Positions 27,016-40,100 of a stretch of DNA of 64,000 nucleotides are shown here, piece after piece (within the stretch, counting starts at the first letter, position 1; each line of letters opens with the position of its first letter). Below the pieces are notes generated by a model that was not told the origin of the DNA, made no database searches, and worked only from the letters and a program-made list of their open reading frames with translations. The stretch is from Phyllobates terribilis (lineage: Eukaryota), in the NCBI RefSeq assembly GCF_046119375.1, contig NW_027362761.1, forward strand, positions 201,934,001 through 201,998,000, read 5' to 3'. The position numbers were made by a program, and so were the translations under genes.

Positions 27016-27277
27016 CGCGGTATGCTGTTCACACAACTCTCCCTGGAAAAATTTTCGCGGCCCCACCGAGCCACAGCAAACCGGGTTTGAGTGCGACGAC
27101 AATTTTCGTAACCCCGCCGAGTTACAGCCAGATGCTTTGATCTTCGTGGCCCCGCCGAGCCACAGCAAACCAGGTTTGAGTGCGACGACAATCTTCGCGG
27201 CCCCACCGAGCCACAGCCAGATGCTTGCATCCATGTTAGTCGTCCTGTGCCATTACCCCTTGCAACCAGGCTGCAGT

Positions 27278-27296
27278 TGCCCGCATTCTCTAACCA
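27278..27296 (-). other. Primer-binding site, tRNA-Ala type
   Basis: TGGTTAGAGAATGCGGGCA lies 2 nt from the 5' LTR. It nearly complements the 3' end of vertebrate tRNA-Ala(AGC), ...TGCCCGCATTCTCCACCA (recalled). Confidence 0.8.
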
Positions 27297-27298
27297 AT

Positions 27299-27865
27299 TG
27301 TAAGGTAGTGCTATTCATCATGTTGAGGGGCACTCACTTCACTGGGTCAATTAAAGCACACATGCAACGTTTTCCGGTAATCTACAGTCCAGCAGTTTAT
27401 TAAACATCATAAACTGCCTATAACATAGTCCATCTCAGTGGCTCGCAGGCATGTTACACATGTAATATCCAAGAGCCTTTCCAGTGGCAGATATGCCCAC
27501 TTGGCTTCAGATACAGCCTTCAGCAAGGTAACAATATCAATGTCCATATCAAGCAGAGTTTTTACCTTTGCCGGGTCTAGCGGCTTCCATCAGCTCTGTT
27601 CTGCCAAAGCTGTGGCTTAAGGCTCACCAGGTGTGGCCCCTCCAGGCCACGTGCCTTCCAGAGCTCATGGTGTCCCAGACACAGGGATCAGGTCTCTTGC
27701 CTTCCCCCCACTGTTTCAAAACCACCAGGATTTATATATCCTTCTGTGCGCACAGGACCTGTGATGATGTCACAGTCAGTGATCAGTCACCTGAAGGGGA
27801 GGTACGTGGTCAGCCAGAACACACCCCTTGGACATTTTAGTAATGCAGCAAGCCGCCGCATTACA
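27299..27865 (-). promoter_or_regulatory. 5' LTR of the CGN-FXR1 element
   Basis: 567 bp, TGTAAT...TTACA on the minus strand. Contains a TATA-like GATATATAAATCC and an AATAAA on the minus strand. Confidence 0.88.
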
Positions 27866-28329
27866 GTAGCGATACTGGAAACCGCAGGCAGGTAGGTGAG
27901 CAAGGTTACTGGAAACCGCAGACAAGTAGGTGTCGTCCTCCATTGACAGGTAGCTGGTTACTGGAAACTGCAGACAAAATTTCTCCATCTCCTTCACTGT
28001 GTCAGAGCGCAGAAATTGGACTGTACGCCGATGTCATCCAAGTTCAGTCCGAATATGAGATCGAACTCTGGTATGCAGCATTTTTTTTCCTTGGACCATA
28101 GTATAACATTGGTCCGAGTGCGATCCGATGTTTTGTCGGATCACACTAGTACCAATCATACAGTGGTGTGAACGAGCCCTTATGATGAGCTATTAGATTG
28201 AAAAGGGCCCATATATTGTTGTTGCACAGGGGCCCTTTTCTGTCTGTGACCACCCATCATGTATGATAGATACACACATACACACATATGTGATATATAC
28301 ACACACACTTGTATATGTAGACAGACATA

Positions 28330-29085
28330 CCGTATTTTTCGCACAATAAGACGCACTTTTTTTCCCCCAAATTTGGGGGGGAAATGGGGCTGCGTCTTAT
28401 AGTCCACATGTAGCTTACCGGAGTGGATGGCGGCGGTGGAGTGAAGTCATAGGAGTCAGGGTCACCGCTGCAGGAAGCCGGCGGCGTCAGGAGTGGGGCG
28501 ATGCTGTGGCCCTGGGCTGGGAGGAGGGGTGTGTCCCAATGGTGAGAGGCAGGAGTCAATGTTGGTGATGTGAGGCTGCAGAGGAGTCCCTGCTGCTCAC
28601 ATTGATCTCCAGGCGGTGGACTTCAGGAAAATGGCGCCAGAGCATGCGCAGATTGAGATCTTGGCTCAATGACGAGTTGAGATTTCAATCTGTACATGTG
28701 CTGGTGCCATTTTCCTGAAGCCCACAGCCGGGAGATCAATGTGTGCAGCGGGGACTCCTCTCCAGCCTCACATCGCCAACAGTTTCCTGAAGCCCACTGC
28801 CGGGAGATCAATGGCTCCTGCCTCGCACCGCCAGGACACCCTGTCCTCCCAGCCAAGGGCTCACAGCACTGCCTCAGTCATGCTTCCGACAGCAGCAACT
28901 CTGCTCCTACCCCCTGTGACCCCGCTCCACCGCCGCCCAATCCCCCCCACCTCCCGGTAAGCTATATTCGGACTATAAGACGGATCCCCATTTTCACATT
29001 AAAAATTATTTTTTTTCCTATTTTCCTACTCTAAGTTTGGGGTGTGTCTTATGGTCCTGTGCGTCTTTTAGTCAGAAAACTACGG
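28330..29085. mobile_element. Tc2/pogo-type MITE
   Basis: TA-CCGTATTTTTC...GAAAACTACGG-TA. Confidence 0.75.
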
Positions 29086-29202
29086 TATATACACAAAGAC
29101 AGGGGCGGAACTACCGCCCGTGCAGCCCGTTCATTGAACGGGGGCCCCGAGGGAGAGGGGGCCCCTCCAGGCTCCAGCAGGGCCGCCATCAGGGCATGTC
29201 TG

Positions 29203-30388
29203 TGACGCGCCCCCTGGGCCATATTCTTTAGGGGGAATATCCGGAGCCGGATCAGATGGGAGTTGTAGTCTTCCGAGTGGCTGTGACCCGGTCCGTGCCC
29301 AGGGTGTCAAACTCAGTGTTATGTGGCAGTCCTACAGATGTTATTAAGAGTTCTTTTGTGTCGACTACGCCACCCGTTGTGATGCGGTCACTGTGGCCGC
29401 CGCTGCAGCAGGGTCCGCTGAGGCTGATGGTGGGTGCGCAGCTTGGTGGGATAACCCCCAACGGGAGGGGTATAGCCTCAGGGGGGACAGGTGCAGAGGA
29501 TGGGGGTTGTGGTGGTGCAGTGCAGACGGCAATGAAGACAGAGTCGGGTTGTGCAGTTAAGGGTGTTTACTTACTGCAGATGTTGTACTGGTCACTCCAG
29601 CTTCGAGTGACCACCCGAGCCGTGCTGCGTCCACCAGGTCCTGGATCCAGCCAACCCCCAAACAAGTCCGGAGCGTGGCCCTGAGCTCTCCTTCTGTCCC
29701 GTTCTCTGGCCGTCCCCACCAGTGATCCACCTAGGTCCAGCTCCCTCGGGCCTTCTGTTGGGACACCCTTGGCCTTGGGTTCCCTGACCCTTCATGTGGT
29801 GTGCCTTCGGGGTGGATGTGATGGGTGACCGTGACAAATGCTGCCCACGGTCTCCGGTCTCTGGCTGGGGTGTGTTTTTGCCCCCACCAGTTTGGGATCC
29901 GGTACCCTGTGCCGACTCTTCACCCGGGGATTTAATTTGGGTTCTTGGAGTCCTCTTTTCTGTTTCCCTCTCTGGGTCTCTCTTCTCCTCTCTCACTCTG
30001 GGTCTCTCTTCTCCTCTGCTTGCTGACTTGTTCTCTGCATCTGACCCTGATCTTAGTTGGTGCCCACCTTATATACACCCTCTATGTGTGAGCTCAGGTG
30101 ACCAGCACCCAATGAGCTCCTATCTTTACCCAGGCTGCTCCCCCTATCTGCCCCTACACTACTTGGGATGTACCACCCCCCTCCCACTCCAGCCAGGAAC
30201 AGACTCGGTCGTACCTGCACATTTCTAAGTGGGAGTACCGTCGGTCTGCTCCTCGGAAATGGGATGTGTGTAGTGCATGCAGCCTACCGAGCTCAGTTCC
30301 ACACTCCTTCCTTACCCGGGAGTGGAATATCACACCTCTGGGTTGAGGTGCAATACCCCTGTAGCAGCCGAATCCTCAGGGTGCTACA
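29203..30388 (-). mobile_element. Gypsy-type solo LTR, related family
   Basis: TGACGCGCCCCCTGG...CTCAGGGTGCTACA with a 4-bp TSD TCTG. Confidence 0.85.
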
Positions 30389-30705
30389 TCTGCCCTGACT
30401 CCAGTGTGGGGCCCAGCCGGTAGGGGCCCCCTTGGAGCCCCGTTGGGGGCCCCCTCTTGTGAGTCTCTCTCCTCATGAGGCCCCCGGCCCCATGCTAAGC
30501 GCCGGTCCGGGACATCTCAGCGCTGCGCCTTCATGATTCCCCTGACTTCCGGTCATGTGACGGTGCCGTCACATGGCCGGAAGTCAGGAGAACCTGGTGT
30601 CAGCGATTTGGACGAGTGCCAGGATTCTGCAGGGATCGCATGGGGGTAAGTATAACAAGTTTTGTTTTTTTCAAAATACAATTTACTAGGAGTGGGGGGA
30701 ATGGG

Positions 30706-30708
<3 letters not shown>

Positions 30709-30740
<32 letters not shown>

Positions 30741-31330
30741 ATAAGAGATGCACATGGGGAGATAAGAGATGCACATGGGGGGAGATAAGAGATGCACATG
30801 GGGGAGGGGGATAAGAGATGCACATGGGGGAGGGGGATAAGAGATGCACATGGGGGAGGGGGATAAGAGATGCACATGGGGGAGGGGGATAAGAGATGCA
30901 CATGGGGGGAGGGGGATAAGAGATGCACATGGGGGAGGGGGATAAGAGATGCACATGGGGGAGGGGGATAAGAGATGCACATGGGGGAGAGATAAGAGAT
31001 GCACATGGGGAGGGGGATAAGAGATGCACATGGGGGGGAGATAAGAGATGCATGTGGGGGAGGGGGATGAGAGATGTGCACATGTGGGGGAGGGGGATGA
31101 GAGATGTGCACATGTGGGGGGGATGAGAGATGCACATGGGGGGATGAGAGAGGGGCACATGTGGGGGAGGGGGATGAGAGAGGGGCACATGTGGGGGAGG
31201 GGGATGAGGATGAGAGAGGGGCACATGTGGGGGAGGGGGATGAGAGATGTGCACATGGGGGGGTGGTGAGAGCTGCTCATGGGGGGGTGAGAGCTGCACA
31301 TGGGGGAATTGGGAGAAAATGAGCTGCATA
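30709..31330. repeat. (TG)n followed by a G-rich minisatellite of about 24 bp
   Basis: Units of GATAAGAGATGCACATGGGGGAGGGG. Confidence 0.92.
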
Positions 31331-31789
31331 TCGGGGAATTAGGAGTAGGGGGATAATGAGCTGCACATAATGAATGTGGGGTGGGGGAGAGTAAATGATA
31401 AATGACGATGGGGTGGGGAGAGCACGGACATGATATAATGAATTGGGGCAGGGGGTGCATGTAAATAATGAATGCGGGGAGCAGGAAGTATAGAGTAGAA
31501 GTTCTAATTAAATTATATATTAAGTGCCTATTTACAGTTAATGGGGGCACCGTGGTGGATTACAATTTATATTTGGAATGGTAGGTTGCATAATAACTAA
31601 CCATATATTGATGGTGGATGCACGTCTGTATTCAGCTGCGTAATGTAGAAGTTGGGGAATGTGCTCTAGATAACTGTGTTATTTTATGCAGAGACGAGTC
31701 CTGGCTGGAAGACGTGATGGCGGTCTGTGCTGGATGAAGGAGAAAAGCGTAGCTGAAGGACTTCACCTAGAGACGTCACCAGTGAGTCA

Positions 31790-32040
31790 GTGCATTACAT
31801 GTACACTTACACTATATACTATGTACCGGGCTCCTGTGTATAATGTCACTGGTGATCACTGTATTACCTGTACACTATATACAGAGCTCCTGTGTATAAT
31901 GTCACTGGTGATCACTGTATTACCTGTACACTGACACTATATACAGAGCTCCTGTGTATAATGTCACTGGTGATCACTAGATTACCTGGACACTTACATT
32001 ATACATACCATGTATAGAGCTCCCGTGTATAATGACACTT
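31790..32040. repeat. Tandem repeat of about 47-52 bp
   Basis: Units of CTCCTGTGTATAATGTCACTGGTGATCACTGTATTACCTGTACAC. Confidence 0.85.
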
Positions 32041-32534
32041 ATGGTAATATTAGTAATGTGGTGGTAATATTAGTAATGTGGTGGTAATATGTGGTCTGGT
32101 CATGGTGTGGCAGTTTTTCTCCCTTCTGTGTGGTATTATTCGGTCACTATGTTGTGGTAATATGTGGTCTGGTGATGGTGTGGCGGTATTCCCTGTATGT
32201 GGTATTATTGGTCATTTTAAAAAAAAATGTATATGACACATTCCCTTAAAGAAAACTAAATAAAAATATATCTAAAAAGAGTATTGGATATTTTAAGAAA
32301 ATTTTAATAGGTTAGAGTAGGGCCCGGCCAGAAGAGTCTACCTTATCGTGGTGGCGGCTTTAAAAATCTTTTGGCCAAAACAAAAGCTGTTGGCTATGTA
32401 TGTGGCACCGTCACATGGCCGAACGTCAGGAGAACCTGGTGGCAGCGACATGGACGAGTGCCAGGATTCTGCAGGGATCGCATGGGGGTAAGTATAACAA
32501 GTTTTATTTTTCTTAAATACAATTAATTAACTAG

Positions 32535-33050
32535 GAGTGGGGGGGATGAGAGATGCACATGGGGGGGGATGAGAGATGCACATGGGGGGGATGAGAGATG
32601 CACATGGGGGGGGATGAGAGATGCACATGGGGGGGATGAGAGATGCACATGGGGGGGGGATGAGAGATGCACATGGGGGGGATGAGAGATGCACATGGGG
32701 GGGATGAGAGATGCACATGGGGGGGATGAGAGATGCACATGGGGGGGGGATGAGATATGCACATGGGGGGGGATGAGAGATGCACATGGGGGGGTGAGAG
32801 ATGCACATGGGGGGGATGAGAGATGCACATGGGGGGGATGAGAGATGCACATGGGGGGGTGAGAGATGCACATGGGGGGGATGAGAGATGCACATGGGGG
32901 GGTGAGAGATGCACATGGGGGGGTGAGAGATGCACATGGGGGGGTGAGAGATGCACATGGGGGGGTGAGAGATGCACGGGGGGGATGAGAGATGCATCGG
33001 GGGGGTGAGCTGCACATGGGGGGGATGAGAGCTGCACATGGGGGGGTTAT
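32535..33050. repeat. G-rich minisatellite of about 21 bp
   Basis: Units of ATGAGAGATGCACATGGGGGGG. Confidence 0.92.
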
Positions 33051-35579
33051 GTTTACATAACTTTGTTGCCTTATGAAGCGCAGGGGGGGGGCCCCAAAAA
33101 ATTTCTTGCACAGGGGCCCACTACAGTCTGTGTCCGCCCCTGCACAAAGACATATGTAGAGTGAAATCTCTCTATATTATATATGTACACTAAAATATAT
33201 ACAGTATACTATGAAATATATCAGTGACAGGAAAAGATAAAAGCTTTATTCCTATGGTTGAGCAGTTCTTGGTGCTGGTGGTTGTGATGCTGATGTGATC
33301 TCTCACTCCTCATCAGTTGGTGCTTGCACTGTGTCACAATAAGATGTAGCAGATTGAAGATAGAGGAAGGAGGGCAGGGAGAGGTTTGGGTGGGGTTTGG
33401 AGTGGGTGTGATAAGTGCTGGCTTATAGGCCACTGCAATGCATGATGGAACTTGTAGTAATGGAACACGGGAATTCAGAACAAAGGAATTGTCGATTAAC
33501 CTCATCAGAGCTGCAGCCGGTAATAAGGTAGTGCTGCTAGAGCATGATAATAGGTAATATCATAGCTAACTGTCCCGGATTCAGCGGGACTGTCCCGCCA
33601 CGTCAGGGCTTTGTCTCGGCTTCTTATACTTACCTATATTCTACATCTTCATCGCTCCGTAGCTCCTCCTCCTCAGGGGGTAGGGCTCCATCTCTCTGCA
33701 TAAATTAAATTCTTCTCTTTTTTTTTTGTGATCTGTGCTCCCCAAGACTTGAACCAACAATCTCATGTTAGCAGCTTTAGCGATGAGGCAAAGCCCACAA
33801 TGATATACATGAGAGAATTTGGTAGGAAAATAATTTTGGTGAGTCCGAAAATTATTTTCCTATGTGAAGCCGTAAGTCACGGCTATTGGTTGGAGACCCA
33901 CAACATTGTAAGACGGACTGAGTCAAATAAATAGGACACGGTGAGGCTGCTTTTTTGTTTATTTACCTTGCGAGAATTTGGCAATCTTGAGCAGTATTGT
34001 AGTCAATGAACCCAGAAGCAGAATATTCTATTATACATAGACATAAATTATATATAACAGTGTATTACTATAATAGTACTAAAAATAATGAAATTCAATT
34101 ACAAAAAAGTTATTTTCTCTTTTTTTGTGAGTCTCCCTTCCTGGGACTCAAACTGACAACCTCTATAATTGCAGGAAGGAGCTAAAGCTACTGAGCCACC
34201 ATCTCTGGTGATGTAACTAAGAGAATTTTGTGTACTTTATCTGTATTGCAGCCACTAATCCCACAGGCAGATTATACTGAGACATAGAGATACATTGTAT
34301 ATAACAGTGTATTTTTATGTCTCTGTATTGTATTCTAGAGGGAGATTAAAAGAAAGATTTTGTTTTCCTATAAAATTACTAAAACATAATGAAAAACAAT
34401 TACATAAATGTAATTTTACTGCGCTTTTTAAAAAAAAATCACAAATCAGCTAATAACATTGACATATTTGGTGTTCCTGTAATCGTCATGACCCGCACAA
34501 CACAGCAATCAGATTATTTACAGAGGTCAGTAAATAGCGTAAAAAATGGTGTGACTGATATTATTACATTTTTAAATGTAATAAAAATGTAACGCTGAGT
34601 CAGTGTTCACACGTAGCGTAAACGCTACTGTTTTTCTACTGTGTTTTTTTCTGTACGTTTTCTAAAAGTGTCCACACCACACAACGCAATAACAATCTTC
34701 TCTGATTATGACGTGTGTTTTTTTTAAATGCGTTTTTTTTAATCTCCGCATAGAAGCCTATAGAAGAAAAAAGCATCAAAACTGCAGCAATGTCTTTAGA
34801 CGCATTGAGGGTAGAGATTTTATAAATTCACATCCACTTTGCTTGGACATTTAGACTGTGTTCACATGTAGCGTAAATGCTGAATATTTTCTGATGGTTT
34901 TTTTGCACAGAAATTCTGCTGTGTTGAATTGTCCAATCAAAGTAGATGTGATTTCATGAAAACTGCGCCCCCTGTGGCCCAAAGATGCTGCTAAACTGTG
35001 CGGGTTTGGTGCTTTTTTTTTCTCTGGAGGCTTCTATGCGGCGCCTAAAAAAAACACATGTAAAAAACTGCATTTACTTTTTTAAGTGCAGAATCAAAAC
35101 TTTTCTGTACTATAAAAAACATATTAAAAACGCGGCTTCACATCTACACAAAAAACGCACTGCTTTAAAGATGAGAAAGTTCTGGCGGCTCTGACTATCA
35201 ATGAATGAACAAAAAATAAATCCACAGGTCCCAACTAGAGATGAACACAGTTGACATTGCCCCAGCCTCGGATAATCAAAAGCCGCGCCAGGAACGTCGG
35301 ATGGTAAGAGATTCGCGGCCTCCCGTCTAGCCGCCAGGTACCATTAATCTGGAAGCTGGACCAGAGTCCAGTGAATCGATCTGGTCATCTCTAGTCCCAA
35401 CCGTTCTGAATACAGCGGACAGTCCCAGATTTGGGTCTACGCCCTGCAGTCTCAGGCGTCTGCTGAATATCCCTGACTGCCAGCGCTCCTCTGACATCTC
35501 CTCCTGCCAGGGGAGAAAGAAATGGAAAATGAGCATGGATTGGGGCATGACCAAAATTTGCCACTATGTGCGACACCTT

Positions 35580-36596
35580 CCGTATATACTCGAGTATAAG
35601 CCGAGTTTTTCAGCACATTTTTTGTGCTGAAAAAGCCCCCCAGGGTCGGAGGAGCGGGGCACACACTGTAACCGGCTGCTGCAGCTACCACGTGTGCCCG
35701 CTGCTAAAGGGAAATGAATATTCTCTCTTCTCCACTCCCAAGAGCGTGGAGAAGAATATTCATTCTCTTTAGTAGCGGGCACGGAGGAGAGCTGAGCCTC
35801 GGCTCCTGCTGACAGTGCCTCCTACTAAAGAGAATGCATATTCACTCTTCTCCATGCACATAGTACCGGCGGGGAGAGGACTGAATATGCCGGCAGCTCA
35901 CGTCAGTGTCTGACAGCGCATGGCTGTTACGCCATGCGCTGCTCAGATGCTGACATAAGCTGCTGCTGCAGCAGAACAGGACGCAGCGCTGGAGCAGATG
36001 TGAGGAAGGAAGGTGAGTATAAGTGTTTGTTTTTTTATGTGTGCAGTGATAGGGCCATACATACCAGGATTGTCGGATGAGGAGACCATACATACCAGGA
36101 TTGGGGGATGAGGAGGCCATGCATACCAGGACTGGGGGATGATGGGTGCCATGCATACCAGAATTGGGTCTGACGGGGCCATGCATACAAGGATTGGGGT
36201 GAGGGTGCCATGCATACCAGGATTGGGGGATGAGGGTGCCATACATACCAGGATTGGAGAAGAGGGCACCATACATACCAGAATTGGGGATGAGGGTGCC
36301 ATGTACACCAGGATTGGGGATGAGGGTGCCATGCTTACCAGGAATGGGGATGAGGGTGCCATGCTTACCAAGAATGGGGATGAGGGGGCCATGCTTACCA
36401 GGAATGGGGATGAGGGGGCCATACATACCAGGATTGGGGGATGAGGGGGCCATGCATTACCAGGATTGGGGGTGACGGGACCATGCAAATTTACCACCCT
36501 AGGCTTATACTCAAGTCAATAAGTTTTCCCAGTTTTTTCTGGTAAAATTAGGTACCTCGGCTTATACTCAGGTTGGCTTATACTCGATTATATACA
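35580..36596. mobile_element. Tc2/pogo-type MITE with a 30-bp minisatellite
   Basis: CCGTATATACTCGAGTATAAGCC...GGCTTATACTCGATTATATAC, with an internal CCATACATACCAGGATTGGGGATGAGGGTG array (about 36050-36490). Confidence 0.7.
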
Positions 36597-37157
36597 CTAA
36601 TCTGTCCCTCTTTCTCTTCTTAAAAAGTTGTCAGGTATGGTAATATTGCTAAAATAACATAATGATTGTACTGAGAGGCACATAATAGCAAGATTTATGG
36701 AAAAAAAACAGTTATGGTACTGGACAACCTCTTTAACATGTAATTTGGCCTGGTAAGATGTTTTTGATTCAAAAAGCTTTTGATTCCAGTAACTGAGATC
36801 ACGCAATGTCGCAAATTCAACAAATAACCATTTTCAGTTCTTACAACCTATAAAATATTTGGACACTCTAATTTGGAAAAGTTCATTACGAGTTTTCTAA
36901 GTTTTGAAAAAACGGTTGATGATTTGAACATTGTACTAACTCATTTGTATCAACCATTTAGGAAAATCAGAGAAAAATATTATTTGCATAATAATTTGGA
37001 ACATGGTGTACACTGCACCTTTTGCTCCAGGTGAGGAAAGTCTAAATATAGCTCTGGATGAAGTGGACACAAAAGCTGTGTGTGTACCATTAGCCACAGG
37101 ATGATGGCTATGATTTACAGTTGGCCTCCCAAAGCTACACCAATTTTAGCTATTTAA

Positions 37158-40100
37158 CCACTTCGCGCCAGAGCCTGTTTTTGCCTTCGTGACCGGGCCA
37201 ATTTTTTCAATTCTGACCACTGTCACTTTATGAAGTAATTACTCTGGAACACTTCAACGGATTCCCCTGATTCTGAGACTGTTTTTTCGTGACATATTGT
37301 ACTTCATGATAGTGGTAAAATTTCTTCGATATCACTTGCGTTTATTTGTGAAAAAATCGGAAATTTGGCGAAAATTTTTAACATTTTGCAATTTTCAAAC
37401 TTTGAATTGTCATGCCCTTAAATCAGAGAGATATGTCACACAAAATAGTTAATAAATAACATTTCCCACATGTCTACTTTACATCAGCACAATTTTGGAA
37501 CCAAAATTTTTTTTGTTAGGGAGCTATAAGGGTTAAAAGTTGACCAGCGATTTCTCATTTTTCCAACAAAATTTACAAAAACATTTTTTTAGGGACCACA
37601 TCTTATTTGAAGTGACTTTGAGGGGCCTTAATGACAGAAAATACCCCAAAGTGACACCATTCTAAAAACTGCACCCCTCAAGGTGCTCAAAAGCACATTC
37701 AAGAACTTTATTAACCCTTCAGGTGCTTCACAGGAATTTTTGGAATGTGGAAGAAAACAATGAACATTTAACTTTTTTTCACAAAAATGTTACTTTAGAC
37801 CCAATTTTTTTATTTTCACAAGGGTAACAGGAAAAAATGGAATAAACAATTTGTAGTGCAATTTCTCATGAGCGCGCTGATACCCCATATGTGAGGGAAA
37901 ACCACTGTTTGGGCACACTGCAGCGTTCGGAAGGGAAGGAGCGCCATTAGACTTTTTGAATGTAAAATTTGTTTGAATAATTAGCGGACGCCATGTTGCA
38001 TTTGGAGAGCTCCTGATGTGCCTAAACAGTGGAAACCCCACACAAGTGACACCATTTTAGAAACTAGACCCCTTAGGGAACTTATCTAGATGTGTGGTGA
38101 GCACCTTGAACCCCAAGGTGCTTCACAAAAGTTTATAATATTGAGCTGTAAAAATAAAATTTTCACATTTTTCCCACAAAAAAGTTTTTCATCCCTTAAT
38201 TTTGCATTATCATAAAGGTAACAGGATAATTTGCACCATGAAATTTGTTGTGCAATTTCTCCTGAACACGCCGATACCCCATATGTGGAGGCAAACCACT
38301 GTTTGGGCGCACGGCAGGGTTTGAAAGGGAAGGAGCGCCATTTGACTTTTTGAATGTAAAATTTGTTTGAATAATTAGTGGACGCCATGTTGCATTTGGG
38401 GAGCCCCTGATGTGCCTAAACAGTGGAAACCCCCCACAAGTGACACCATTTTGGAAACTAGACCCCTTAGGGAACTTATCTAGTTGTGTGGTGAGCACCT
38501 TGCACCCCCAGGTGCTTCACAGAAGTTTATAATATTGAGCCGTAAAAATAAAATGTTCACATTTTTCCCACAAAAAATGTTTTTCATTCCCTAATTTTGC
38601 ATTATCATAAGGATAACAGGAGAAATTGCACCATGAAATTTGTTGTGCAATTTCTCCTGAGTACGCCGATACCCAATATGTGGGGGAAAACCACTGCTTT
38701 GTTGTACGGCAGGGTTCGGAAGAGAAAGGAGCGCTATGTTGGCTGGGATAGGTTGCAGACACCATGTCACATTTGAAGAGTCGCTGACATGCCGAAACAG
38801 CAGAAACCACCACAAGTGACCCCATTTTGTAAACTACACCTCTCAAGGAATTCATCTAGGGAAGTAGTGAGTATTTTTACATTTTTAAATTTATACCATT
38901 GGGCAGTGAAAAAAACATAATTATATTTTTACCGCAAAAAGATGTTTTACCCTCAGATTTTACATTTTCACACAGGGCAATGGGTAAAATTGGTGCCGAA
39001 ATGTGTCACACAATTACTTCTAAAAGTGGCAATACCCCATATGTGACTGTATCGTACCGCTTAGCCATACGGCGAGATCTGGGAGGGACGGAGCGCTATT
39101 TGACAATTGGAGAACAAATTATTGTAGAATAGGCATTTGGATTTGGGAGCACAAAATTTTCTGAATTTCTTTTGGGGGGCAAGGGCCATTTCGCTTTTCC
39201 AGAACCTTTCAGCTACCAGTAACTTGGAATATTTTTAACAGATGACGGACCTGAGAGGGGACTAGCTTTTTTTTAGGACTGAGTTGAAGCTTTTATTGGG
39301 AGCATTTTACGTAATATTTATCCGGTGCTTGAGGCTGAGCACTTACATCGGGGTTTCCATCTAAATTTCCAAGTGATGTAATTCAGATGAAACCCCTGCG
39401 GGATCCATTCATTGTAATGAGGCAGCAGAGTTACTCTGGACTCCATCTGGCCTCTGTTTAGCAGTGTCCTTTTTTTCAGAAGTGCACAAAACTGTGGCCA
39501 ACCGCACTTTTATGCACGCCTAAAAAAACTGACACCGTGGGATCACAGTTCAGATGGCATCCACAGTGGCCTATATCTGCCTCATTACAGGGAATCTTCC
39601 GTCATGGGTTCCGTCTGAATCACGTATTTCAGAGATTTACACGGAGACTCTGGTGTAAGCGCTCAGCGCAGAATAAATGTGAGCAGAGCCTTACTGCGAT
39701 CTTTGGGAGACATAATAAACAAATCAGTAGCAGGTGAAGAATTGGTTTTATTTATTTTTTACGCCATTCCTCGTGCAGTATAAGTGATGAGATTACTTTA
39801 TTCTTCGGGTTGGTGCGATTACAGAGATACCAGATTTATATCGGGTTTTTATGATTGACAGCTGTCACACACTAAAAGACGCTTTTTTTTGCAAAATCTA
39901 GTTTTTGCATCGCCATGTTTTGAGAGCTATAATTTTTCCATATTTCGGCCGACAGAGTCATGTGACGGCTTGTTTTTTGCGGGATGAGTTGACATTTTTA
40001 TTGGTACCATTTTTGGGTACGTGACATTTTTTGATCGCTTTCTATTCTGTTTTTTGGGAGGTAAAATTAACAAAAACCAACAATTCAGGAATTGTTTTTT

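Larger units (their letters stand above)
21960..27865 (-). mobile_element. Non-autonomous Gypsy-type LTR retrotransposon carrying captured cingulin and FXR1 sequence
   Basis: Two TG...CA direct repeats (21960-22530 and 27299-27865, about 97% identical by eye). PBS next to the upstream LTR and PPT next to the downstream LTR. Near-match 4-bp flanks ATAG/GTAG. No gag, RT or IN motifs seen. Confidence 0.9.
29100..33142. mobile_element. Non-autonomous hAT-type element with nested cargo
   Basis: TIR CAGGGGCGGA and a perfect 8-bp TSD CACAAAGA (29092-99 and 33143-50). Confidence 0.85.

Noticed and set aside
22531-27277. Possible gag, protease, RT or integrase inside the LTR element
   Set aside because: I saw no CCHC, DSG, YxDD or integrase motifs. 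The interior is largely accounted for by the cargo ORF and the solo LTR.
30553-33111. Long His/Pro/Cys-rich ORFs (258, 316 and 194 aa, among others)
   Set aside because: They are translations of G-rich minisatellites that are open in several frames at once.
35842-36497. Pro/Gly-rich ORFs of 184-203 aa
   Set aside because: They come from a 30-bp tandem repeat inside a MITE.
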